Positions 1 through 13,200 of a DNA stretch of 64,000 nt are shown here, piece by piece. Source of the stretch: Owenia fusiformis. Its lineage: Eukaryota. Location of the stretch: assembly GCA_903813345.2 (NCBI GenBank), contig CAIIXF020000001.1:2294001-2358000 (forward strand). The letters are read 5' to 3'. How positions within the stretch are numbered: the stretch's first letter is position 1; the number at the start of each line of letters is the position of its first letter. The notes beneath the pieces were generated by a model. That model saw only the letters and a program-made list of their open reading frames with translations, was not told where the DNA came from and did no database searches. The translations under genes were made by a program, and so were the position numbers.

Positions 1-1084
1 ACGAGCGTATAGTCGTTTCACAAATTTTTAGCCTACTTTCACAAGGCAATATTCTCAACATTAAGTAACTTCCCAAAATGCAACTTTTCACCTTGTAGAA
101 TTATCCGGGAAATTTCAAATAATCGATTCTGAAAATTCCATATCCAATAATTGGAAAGGTCTTAATCTGTAATTTCAAATGTAGCATTTTTTGTAGCAAA
201 TTCTCCTATTTATACAAAATATAAAAATAAACCTAAATTGAATTTTTTATTCATTAAAATCATAGAAACATATTTACATAATAATGATAAAGACAGAAGC
301 AATAATATCCTTCTTTTTTCTCAATGTTACATTAAACACTAACATACAAGATACCAGTGCATTAAATCACCCCACAATTCTTTTCACACATAGCAACAGA
401 ATTGAAAATCCTGTATTGGAAATGATTTCCTCCCTCTTAATCATCCTGATATTACCTAACTAATGACAAAATGAATAGCAAACAAAGCTAATGAGTACCA
501 TATTGTTCACTCTGTGTCTTGTTTTGTGTTTCCAACAATACGTGTATAGTATTAACTAGCTAGAGTGTTTTCATTCAAAGTATATAGTACATGACTGTCA
601 ATGAGACATCAATAATTCTGAATTGTTAATTCAAAGAGGTGTTACATTACATGGAATTATAGTGGGGGATTCTTCTCATTGTTCACCTGTACAGGTTATC
701 AATGTGGCTATTAAAAGAGTAACTAACTGTAACATTGAATATAAATGTTGGCTCATATTACCACTATAATGAAATTTTGGTATGTTGCAGTTTATTAGAT
801 GCCTACATAGTCAAGCCTTTGGCTAAAATACAACACAACAATTTGAATGTGGACAAGGTTAAACATCAACATCCGCCTGTGAGACATTTGGCAGTTAAAC
901 AAGTAATTTCAACAAATATCAGTACCTCAGACAGACATTCATATATATACAAAGTGGATACAGCTGGTTATTTCTAGTCTGTGACATCAGACGGAATCTC
1001 AATGACATCACGACACAATCCGAGCAGGAATAAATTATAAGGATGATTCTTATATAAAACTGTCAGTACATATGAGCAGTTAAC

Positions 1085-1239
1085 ATGAGAGAGGAAGATA
1101 TTGAAACTGCCATCAAGGTGGTTGTTGTCGGAAATGGAGCAGTGGGGAAGTCAAGTATGATACAGAGATACTGTAAGGGAATATTTACAAAGGACTACAA
1201 AAAAACCATTGGAGTAGACTTCCTTGAAAGACAAATCGA
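1085..1239 (+). CDS. RAB23: RAB23 coding exon 1 (P-loop GNGAVGKS, switch I TIGVDF)
   Basis: ATG at 1085; donor GTAAGT at 1240; 155 nt, phase 2. Confidence 0.96.
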
Positions 1240-4200
1240 GTAAGTATATGCATATTTCATTATTTTTTTATGTGTCACAATTTGCAAACAGTTGTTTTTA
1301 TCTCAATGAGCATGTGAAAATACAATATGGGGTTATGAATCGTGATATATCTTGATTAGAAATTCTTAGGAATGTCTGCCTGAATACTCCTGGGCAATAT
1401 ATAATTAATACTTAGGCTGGGTCACTTTGACCCTCAACATGCGATTGCAGAGAAATTAGTTAAATGATTTTCTAGATATTTTCATAATATGATATGATTT
1501 AAGATATGATTTCAAAGTATACTTTCAAGAGAATATGTTATCCCAGTAGGCCACAGTCCCTTAGGAAAGTATTCAAAGTACCCCCCACCCAACCCCAATA
1601 GAGCTACCCCCCCCCCCCATTCATACTCCTATTTGTACTAAAAATGTATAACCACCCCATATGTATAACCACCCCATACCATTATTCAATTATGCCTATT
1701 AGGATAGATAAAAAGCATATTATACAAGTGTGCTTTCAATGCATCCAACAGAATGGTACAGACATAGGTTCCCATTGTTGAGCCTGAAGGACCATCAATG
1801 CATCCAACAGAATGGTACAGACATAGGTTCCCATTGTTGAGCCTGAAGAACCATTTATCATTTATTTCATGACCCACACATCTTGTAATGGTTATAGATA
1901 AAACATCTATTAATCCTGCTATAATTGATAGAATCACTATCAGCACTAGTAATTTTAGATACCTATTGCAGGTATTTCTGATGAGTTTTTTCTATATACA
2001 AATGTTTGAATAACAAAGATTGTATAGTGTTTATTAAGTTATTCTTTTTCTATTCTAGATGTGTTATGTTCATAAAATACTTAAGATTACTGGCACGGTT
2101 TACATTTCAATACATGACTTTTAAAATATTGTGAAAATCACATCTTAATACAATCTCAATGGCCTTAGCATGTTTATATGTGCTTTCGTACCCTTAAAAA
2201 ACACAAGCCCATTAAAATTTCTGTCAAAAGTTTGTAAAGCATATAAAACATATAAAAGGTTAATATGAATGTAAATGGATAAAGAACTTTGTTAACACTG
2301 CTGTAATAGTCAATCACACAGTGGGAAAGTCCATAGGTGACTGACTGTTATAAGTCTGACAAATATACTGAAAATGTCTATGATCAAGTTCATATTAAAC
2401 AATTATCATGATTGCAATTAATAGTAAAAATTAGAGCTTGGGTCATCTGTTAAAAATTAGATGAATTCTTTTGTTTTGCCAATTACTCCCAGTATCTCAC
2501 CTGGCCTTCATAATGAAATTTTCTTTGTTGATATGTGCATAATGTGATTTGTGGTGATTTTAATTAAGTATACCCTGTTGAACCCCCCCCCCCCCAAATG
2601 TATAAAATATTATTTTTCAAGAGGTGATGTTTTGTCTGACTTCATCAGAAGTATTCACGGTGCTCAGGTTATAATATAGTTATTAACAACTAGAATATGA
2701 TATCTTGCCAAGGAATTATTTAATCAACATTCCCACAGAGGCAGCAGTGGCTTTTAGAATAGTTATTATTAGTAGCTTAGATGCATTCCAGTTAATGAGG
2801 AGTAGACTGAGTTGTCATAATTACCCAAGTTCAGTCTGAACCAGTCAAGCATTTGTTCATTCTAGAAAATGTTCTTTGAAAACTCTAGGGGGTCATTATT
2901 AACTTAGGTATGACCCCAAAAAGTTAATCAATATTTGGCGATTGGAACTTTTGTCATAATTCGAAAATTGGAGCTCTCCCTGAAAAGTTGAAGTGGCCTT
3001 ATAAAGCTGACAATGGACATTGGGCATTCATTATGAATCAGTCTAATTTCAACCATTATTCAACTGTACATGCAACACCTTCATAGAAAGACAATAATAG
3101 TTAGCAGTAATTAATAATGTTCAACATTATAATTGCCTTTGATGAAAGTGTACTTGTTATAAATAAAAGTGTATAGGAAATCATTAAGCAAGAACTTGCG
3201 GTGTGTAATTAACTGAATACTACAGGAGGTTCAAATCAATGTTATATTAACCTAATGAATCTTTACATGGGTTTTGTCCAAAAACCAGGTTGATTTTCAA
3301 TCAAACTTCATACCATGGTAACCAAAAATATCAAGGAACTTATATCATCCAAATCACAAAGCTCTTTCAAATGTTGCGTTCTATAAACCTCATTTGCCAT
3401 TGAAATATGATACAGTACTTTATGACAAAATGGAAGTTGAGCACATAGTCCATATAACATATAAAAATCTGTACTTTCCTGAACTTACAGAGATTAACAT
3501 ATTTTTAAGCTAAATGTATATACTAAAGTTGGCTAAGTCTAAATGTCTCATATGGTGTAACAGGATGAATTTTAATGTTTTTCGATTCATATTGACTTTG
3601 TACGGGTCTGAAGTAAAAAGTAATTGGCTGACAATAATGAGCTTTTCTACTTACATCTTTGAGATTTAGCTGCAAGGATTTTATCAACAATTGTGTCAGC
3701 TCTCTGTTTATTTTACAATTAGGATTTTCTAACAGAGAGATTCTCAAAGAACTAAAACTGTATACTCAGTAGATTATTACACTTAAACATGTTAGGAGGG
3801 ATTCCATGCATGAGGAGTTTAAATGCATGAATTCTAGTAAAATTCATATCCCCATATGAATATTTTGAATATTGCTTTCGTACACTAAGTATCAATTTCC
3901 ATTCTACGAACACAGGTTTCATATATCATCCATTGTGTTCTTTCCTCCCCCTGTGACAGAGTGGATGGTGTCTGGATCCCTGCATTCAGAGGATGTGATT
4001 TTTCTGCTTTGATACAAATAAATTTGTTCCCATTGGTTCTTTTTCCAATTATTAAAATGAATAGAACATTTAAAAATCCCAAATCTGCAAAAAAACTGTA
4101 TTTCTCTTCTACCAAGCCCCTGTTTTTGTATTATGTAAAATCGAGGTACGGACAGAAATATTGGGACTAGTTTTAAATGTTTATGATGTCACATTAACGA

Positions 4201-7200
4201 TGACCAAGCTTCGATTTAGTTAACATTTATTTTGTTGTATATTTCTGGGTTGTGTATCATGTGCATTCAGGAAACCTATGTAAGTGTATTATTGCACTTT
4301 TAGGATTTGAAACATATTATCATGTTAATTGGACCTAACCAGATGTAAAATCCAGTATGTCAACTTGAGAGTTAACTTTAAGTGTCTTTGGTCAATTTTA
4401 CCTTCTGATATCTATAGATTCTCTAATAAAATAGTGTAAATTCTATGTTTCAAGACCACAATTATGTTAAATAAACTAAAATCATAGTCAAGTTTAGGAT
4501 ACAAACTAACTTTTGATATTCCATAATGTTGATAATTGTGTATATAATATAATGTGGTGGAACGGTTGTTTGAGGGACCCGCCAATGGGTTAATCCGCTA
4601 CACAAACACCATTCTCTGCCAGCTCAAAGCTGAAAACTATAAAGCACACAGCTCAACACTTATCGGATTAGCTGATCAAAATATCAACGAAATGTAGATA
4701 TGAGGGTCAAAGGCCTACAGCACTCTGACAACAATAAAACTACCCTGCACTATATTGACTGGCCAAACTCCCCTCTAGCTATAACTAATGATTTATAGTT
4801 CAGGTGTTACATTCTTAATATTCTCAAATGAATATGGGAGTTTGAATATGAAATGATTGTTAGCTACTTGTATGCTGAAAATTGACTGTTATGATTTTTG
4901 GTCTATGTGTTATGATTGGATATAGGCTAAATTGAGAGGGAACTATTGATGAAGCAGATCTTTCTCTATTTTCTATAGGCAAACTGATTGATAGACAAAT
5001 AATATTGACATATTATACCATATATTGGCATATTGAAATGAATGCTAGCTCCTTATAAAAATACATATCACATTAATATTTTACATGATGACATGTTCTG
5101 ATCTGATAGGCCAGATCAAAAATGATCTCTTATTTTAAGAGTATAGAATTGCATTGACATAAGAACATATCCTCACTAGTATTATAATGGAGAATGTTAT
5201 CAGAGTTATTTTATTGGAATGTTTACCTATCTGTCAAGTCTTCCCTTAGAAATATTTGGATGAACCATTACACCATCTAAATAAGATCCAAATATTGCAC
5301 ATAGACAGTGTCTTACTGTCTTTTGTTAGTTGCATCAATAGATCAAGAATTTTGAAAAATGGTAACCATGCAACTTTTGATGGCAGAAATTGCCTTAACA
5401 CATCACATTTGCATTGCGTGCCACACTATATCAAACTTGTGTTTTTCCAAGAAATTAATAATCTCCAAGTTAACATTGACATCCAAGAGTATGTATTGAA
5501 TATGACTCTGTTTATGAATGATGTGTATTTCAATTTGCTTCTAACATACATTTAGCACTTAAGTGCTGCTGCATAGTGAGGGGTCTCCTATGAGAAATGA
5601 AGATGAAATACAGTTTTCATTCAGGTATCTCATCCTGAAACTTATTATAATAGCAATACCTGAAGGCTTGCAAAAAGGTACAGTAAAACTTGTGTAAACG
5701 GAACACCCTTGGATTTTCAGTAAAATGGAACTTAGAAAAAGTGAAGTTGGTTTCAATTTTAGAGATGTTCCACTTAAGGTTTTCCTGATATATTCCAGTT
5801 GCAATTGGTCGAGATACCTCTAGCTGCATGTACTTGTTAGGATAATATGTACAAATCTTTGTGTTTTAGGGTAAATGGAGAGGATGTTAGGCTGATGTTA
5901 TGGGACACGGCTGGTCAGGAAGAATTCGATGCAATTACAAAGGCTTACTACAGAGGTATGCGTTGTTGAATGGCACATATTTTCAATAGCAAGTTGATAT
6001 ATTACATATTAGAGTCACAATTCAGTGGTGCGATAGAGTCACTATAATCCCTCATATCTGACTTGGAGTTAGAAAGCCTGAATGGTTTTAATGGATTATA
6101 GATTTAGCCAAACGTACCATGAATATTGGACACATAATGAATATAGCGTGAAATAATAGGATGTAACCTGTTTTGTGTATGCCTGATGGCACAAATCGTC
6201 TTTATACACCCTCGTCACATTCTAGTACATGGTTTTGCAATCTGGTACAAAGCACTCCGACAAACTGCCTTGTTTTATTTTGTTTGACACGAAACTCATA
6301 AAGGTAGAATGATATCTGCTTAAATGATCCATAAAATGGAGTTAGTATACAATAATGTATTTTTTATGATTATTCCCTAATGTGAAAAATATCAGGGTTT
6401 GTGGTACTCTATTTAAATCAATTAACTTGACTGACTCTTCCCATTTATTTAGCTGATCAGAGGTAAACAGGCATAACTTCAAGTTATTGATGCTATGAGA
6501 GTCTCAAATAATCATGTCAATTCCAGTTTTAATAATCACTAACTGGTAAAATCTGTTTTAAGCCGCCGTAGCAAACATAATCGCAACTTATTGAGATGTT
6601 CACAGAATATAAAATATGAAATAATTCATGAGTGGACTACAGAATAGGAATAGCAATTTCTCGATTGATTTTTAAGATATAATGAAAACAAATGACACAT
6701 TCTTTCATACTTTTGGCTCATATTATTTATTGCACTTTGAAAAAGTGCTATATTTGTTGCACTGATTCATTGTCTCGTTATACAGTGTGTCCCAAAAAAA
6801 GGAAACCAGCAATAGGGTGGCTCAAAATAAATTTTTTTTGGAAATATTATGCTCCCTACGTGAATCGAGTTGCATTTTGGGGTAAATATCACCTGTGATT
6901 TTTTTCAAATTTTTTAGTCAACTTTTTGGGGTCCCCCACAGCCTTTAAAGTTTGCCCATAGACTTAACATTAGTGGGCGTCGCCCAAAATTGTACTTTGT
7001 AGAAGTTTTCTTCTAGAGTGATTTATATATGTTGTTTGAAGAAAAACAACATTGTATATGATATGATTAGATGTTTAAATCATCATATTACTCTGTTTCA
7101 TCATGTGAACTTATATAAAAGGTTATACTTACAATATCCTATTAACAAAATATTAGGTACATTCGACCAGTATAATTATTTGAACAAGTACAGTTTTAGG

Positions 7201-10200
7201 GAATCATATCTCATATATGATTTGGTAAACTGTAAAAAGGTATATTCATTCTTGACATTTGATGTTTTAAACATGGTTCAGATCAGCTTTTCTTATATGA
7301 CACTCTTCCTCTAAGATCTGAGAGTACAACACATACATTGTCACGATGCGCCGCGTCACAGGTCATTTGAGATATTCCTGCAGATGATACCAGAACTTGA
7401 GACTGTGAAGAGGTGCTGTGGTTGTCAAGGGGACACTTAGGAAATACCATCCGTAGAGACAGACCACAAATCCAACAAGTTGTGTTATCATCTGCAGTTG
7501 CTGTGGAGTAAGTTGGACAAATAAGTGGCTGAGCATGAATATCTTCAAGAGGTAGAGACTCTTCCCCATGAACCTGGTATAGTGGTAGGCTCCAGGTTGG
7601 TTGCAGGTCTTCGCAGTGTAAGACAGAGCAAGAGAGGAGAAGCAGGAGCTTGCTACAGCACTGCTCAACATCCCACAGCCTGTACGATTTGCAACTGGCA
7701 AACCGGGACAGCCTGACTTCGACCCAGTTGCTGCTCACTTAGGCAATGTTTGTAACTGAGAGATCTTGGCTCTTATAGTGACAATGTATGTGTTGTACGC
7801 TCAGAGCAACTTATGTTCAAACCCAGAATTTCTGTCAAGACCTGCATTCTGTTAATGATCCAGCTGAACAAGCAGTGAAGCTGGTACAGGAATGCTCTCA
7901 AATGACCCGTGATGTGGCGCATCATGACAATGTATGTGTTGTATGCTCAGATCATAGAGGAAGAGTGTCACATATAAGAAAATCTGATCTGAACCATGTT
8001 TAAAACATTAAATGTCAAGAATGAATACACCTTTTACAGTTTAAACCATTATAATGACAATACCAAATCATATATGAGACATGATTCTCTAAAACTGTAC
8101 TTGTTCAAATAATTATACTGGTCGAATGTACCTGATATTTTGTAAATAGGATATTGTAAGTATAACCTTTTATATAAGTTCACATGATGAAACAGAGTAA
8201 TATGATGATTTAAACATCTAATCATATCATATACAATGTTGTTTTTCTTCAAACAACATAATTAAATCACTCTAGAAGAAAACGTCTACAAAGTACGATT
8301 TTGGGCGACGCCCACTAATGTTAAGCCTATGGGCAAACTTCAAAGGCTAAAAAGTTGCGTAAAAAATTTGAAAAAAATCACAGGTGATATTTACCCCAAA
8401 ATGCAACTCGATTCATGTAGGGAGCATAATATTTCAAAAAAAAAATTATTTTGAGCCACCCTAACCAGCAATAGATTGCTTATTTCTCAAATATGAATAA
8501 TGAAAGGAAAATTTCACAGCTAACATCTGATAGGTTATGATGTCCTCTTTCTTATGATACCAAAATTGTCTATTTTCCTTCACGGATGACTGAGTTATAA
8601 GGGATTTAAGTAATCATGTCAGAAATGAGTTTGTACCACTTTCAGCCAAGTCAATTTCACCATCATAACATAGTGATAAGTAACAACAAACATCAGGATA
8701 TCACTCTTTTACTCATTTATTCCAATTAAAATTACACATATCATATTTAGCACCCCTTTTAAATCCCAATGTCCATTCAAAGTTGTTTTAACCCCAGTGT
8801 CCTTCAACATGACCCCCATTCCTTTCAATGCAAATGTCTGCCCTTGATCTCATCGCACGTACTGCATCCCTGATGATGACACTGGGGTTAAAACAACTTT
8901 GAATGGACATTGGGATTTAAAAGGGGTGCTAAATATGATATGTGTAATTTTAATTGGAATAAATGAGTATAAGAGTGATATCCTGATGTTTGTTGTTACT
9001 TATCACTTTGTTATGATGGTGAAATTGACTTGGCTGAAAGTGGTACAGACTCATTTCTGACATGGTCACTTAAATCCCTTATATCTCAGTCATCCGTGAA
9101 GGAAAATATACAACTTTGGTATCATAAGAAAGAGGACATCATAATCTATCAGATGGTAGCTGTGAAATTTTCCTTTCATTATTCATATTTGAGAAATAAG
9201 CAATCTATTGCTGGTTTCCTTTTTTTTGGGACACCCTGTAATATATATTCAATTACTTGGTGGCCAATTGTTTGATAAATCTGCCATTTTAAATTTTGGT
9301 TCAAATTGAAAATTTTTATTGAAAATCATTATTTCTCAGGAGCTGAAATCTGACCTTAGAATTGACCTTTCAAATTAACCTTTAAAATTTTTACAGATGC
9401 AAGGGCAGACTAGTGCCAAGATCTTACTTAACCTCTTGAATACCCAGAGTGACGGATATATCCGTCACAAATGAAATAAGACTGGTGCCCAGAGGGACGA
9501 GAAAATCCGTCACAAAATTTTTCACAAAAATTGCTCTCATTTGAACAATTTTCATCCAATTTACACAAAAATTGTTTTAAAACGTGTAGAAATGATCTCT
9601 GCCGTCAAATTTTACTAAGCTGAGCATCTAAAGTTGTATAGGTATGTAAGAAAATGTCAAAAGGTGGCAAAAAATGAAAAATTCTCTGGTTTCATGCCAA
9701 TTTTAGAGCCTGGGATTCAAGAGGTTAATGTTGGCCATGTTGGGTAAATTACATAGTGACAATTTTGCTCTTCAAAGTGTGATTATTTTTACTATGTGTC
9801 TTGTTAAGATCTTTATGGAGTATGCACCTTTAAGTACATGTTACATATCAAAATATCTTGTAAACAGCAATTGTAATTAAAAGGATTATTTTGTCCATAC
9901 TGGTTTCTTGAATTACTCTTTGCAGGATGTATAACTGTCCACTGTGAGACTGTGGCTAGCCAATGAGTTTCAGATCATTTAAAAATTCACCTGGCATTCC
10001 TTCAGCAATAAAGTCCTCTTTGGATTAAAATCTGTTAGGATAAATCTAATGTAGACAATATTGATCTGAGAGTATACTTGAATATATATTATTGATGATC
10101 GTGGTGATAGGTGAAATCAATTTGAAAACAATTACAAAGGAGAATAATATTGAGGCTGATTATGGATTTGTATTGCAGAATAAATTCAATTAGCCTATTT

Positions 10201-13200
10201 TCCATTCTCTTCTATTTCTCCTTCAGTTGGGATAAAGAGTAGCTGTCCATCTTTCAGTATCTGTATTTCCAAATAGGCACTCAATTTTTGAAACGGTCTC
10301 ACATGTCACCTTGATGCCGGAAAAAACATCGAATCATACTCTTACATTATCATATATTCTTGAATTGTAATCAGTTTTTTTGTACTTGAACATGAAAATT
10401 GAAAAATGATCAACCAAAAAAATATAGCCATGCAAGGTCAGATTCCTATGCATGGTCTATTGAATGCTTTTCACCATTGATCTTTGTAGATTTCAATGGC
10501 TTTCACTGTAGTAAAATGAGAGAATTGTTTCATTCTCAGGCCCCAGAGTTGTTCAAATAGGTTTGTCATTAATCATAGAATCGTTTATTACAGGTGCCCA
10601 GGCTTGTGTTCTAGCATTCTCAACCACTGATAGGGAGTCCTTTGAAGCTGTGGAGTCATGGAAACAAAAAGTAAGTCAATCCGCTATTAACCTTTGACAA
10701 CACCTTTGAAGATTTTCCCAGGAATAAATGTGTAACATTAATACAGTAAAACCTGTATAAGTGGAACACATTTGTCAAATAGTGTTCGATTTGGCAGGTT
10801 TTCCACAAATAGAGGTTTACTTTACAACATGGGTAGCTTGTCTTTGAAAAGTGTTCCACATGAGGTGTTCCATTTTCAGAGGTGTTCCACTTTACAGGTT
10901 TTACTGAAGCTATGAACGTTATCAATAAATTACTGTACAGTCTCTATTCCACTACATTTACACATGGACTTGATCCACATCTATGCACTTAGTAATATAA
11001 TATGCACTATTCCTCTCAGGGTTAGAGTGGGGAAAACCAGGGTAGGAGCAATCAGCGGGAAGGTTTCATGAAACTGCCTAAAGTACACCCTCAGTTGATA
11101 TTGACTCAGCTCTTGAATCTTTCATTAAAAGCTGTAATCTTAACATTCATTTTCTAAATTGTTGGAATTCCATTTTTATGTTACCGCCACAAGTGGTGAC
11201 ATATTGTTATAGTCTCCAACTTTTTTGTGGACGGTGTTCAGCAGGTGGCATTCGGTGGGCAGGATTCGGAGTTCCGTATCTGTAACAAAACAAATGACAG
11301 GCGGTGACATAGTGCATGATAATCTCTTGTTTATGTTTTTTCAACCCATACAATATTCGTTTAATATTTGTAGGTAGAAGATGAGGTAGGGGAAATAGCC
11401 ATGGTGCTAGTACAGAATAAGATAGACCTTATAGATGAAGCCACCGTCTCTGCGTAAGTTACCCTTTTGGCTTATCATTTTGCTAGCCTAAAATACATGT
11501 GAATTACAAGTTCTAATCTTTACACATGTATCACAAAATTAACATTCTACACCTCACTTTTGAGACCTAATATTTGCTTTGAATTACTCAAATCCTTGGT
11601 AAAATGGCAAACAAATTTATCTGGTATAGTGGACATATATTTCAAGTTTTGCTACCCAGAGTGATGCAATTTCTCATGACCTGAGAAATGATCTTGACTA
11701 CCCAGGGTGATGAGATAATCTGTCGCAAATTTTTCACTAAAATCGCTCTAATTTGGACAAATTTTCATCAAATTTACACAACATGTGTAGAAATGATCTC
11801 TAATGATCGGCTAATTTCACTAAATAAAGCGTAACCTGTTGTATGTGTGTGCAGTAAAATGTCCAGTTTTCAATTATTTCATACATTATTTTTTTGCTAG
11901 TTTTTCATGATGCCAAAACAAGATAATGATACTTTAAATCTGATTCAGTTTCTTTTCATTTTTAGGGAAGAAGCAGAAGGATTAGCTAAAAAATTAAAAA
12001 TTAGATTTTATCGAACATCAGTCAAAGACAACCTTCAAGTTGATGATGGTAAGTAAACCTGTAAACATTAAAATGTGGCATTATACCAGGTGTGGTCAAA
12101 AAGCTTCTTTAAATCTTTTTTAATGGAAATGATTAATAATTGTTCCCATCGTGCTGAGTAACATTATGAAATCTGTTATAACATAGTAAGAGATCCCTAA
12201 AGCCCTCAAAACATATTTTGAATCATTTGAAGATGTATGAATATGATATTATTAGAGGTGTAACTCACCAGAAAAGCCAACTCAAGTTCAACTTGCCAAA
12301 TATCTAAAACTCGAGTTAATTCATTTCGTCCAGTACATATTGTAAACACGGGTACACAAAATTACTGTAACTTCTAGCAGCAAGTTTCTCTGGTTTAGTC
12401 ACATCTAAAAGCTGTTTAACACGTTGGGGCCATAAGAAAGTGTGGTATTCATTGCAGTCATCTCATATTTCAATCAAAAACGATCTGGTATAGACGTCGC
12501 CGCATACAGTAATGGCCTAGTCACATAGCCCGGACGATGTCCGGCATCGGTAGAGCTCGGTGGATTTTTTTGGTGCCACCGAGCTCTCCTCATCGGAAGC
12601 AGAGCTCGGTGACGTGAATGGACTCCGTCCGGACATCTTCAGGCGACCGACCGAACACCGGCCGGTGACCGTACGGAGTCCATGTGGCAGCAACTACCGG
12701 CCGGAGGTCGGCCGGACATCGGAAGGAATACGGCCGGTACCCGAGCAGGTAACAGGACACTGTGCGATCGCCGGCCGGGTTGTTAACGGGCTTTGAACAG
12801 TGACCGGCCGATGCTCTGTCCCACATCGGCCGGAGCTCGGTCAGAGCTTGGCCGCTGTCCGTTAAAAACCTCGTCCTCTGGTTGTCTCAGATGCACGGGA
12901 CACCGGCCGATACTCGGCCGTGCACAGGCCGACGTGTTTTCCGATGTGGTTACGATGGGGCTGCGATGACATGATGAGGGAGCTCGGTGAGAGCCCGGTG
13001 AAATTTAACTCCGAAGTTAAAATTTCACCGAGCTACCACCGATGCGGTTTTAAGCAACAAACGCCACGGATGTGTCCGGCCGGTGTTCGGCCGAGTTCGG
13101 TGAAAATTGCATCGCTGGCTCATCGTAACCTCATCGGCCGGGCTATGTGACTAGGCCATAAGGACTAGAGATCACTAAAATGAACCAAGAATCTAACCAA

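Noticed and set aside
4553-4810. Possible solo LTR (TG...CA with internal AATAAA)
   Set aside because: No target-site duplication, no convincing terminal inverted repeat and no second copy in the window.
12560-13150. GC-rich ORFs suggesting a horizontally acquired gene
   Set aside because: They lie entirely within a TIR/TSD-bounded MITE and show no recognisable protein motifs.
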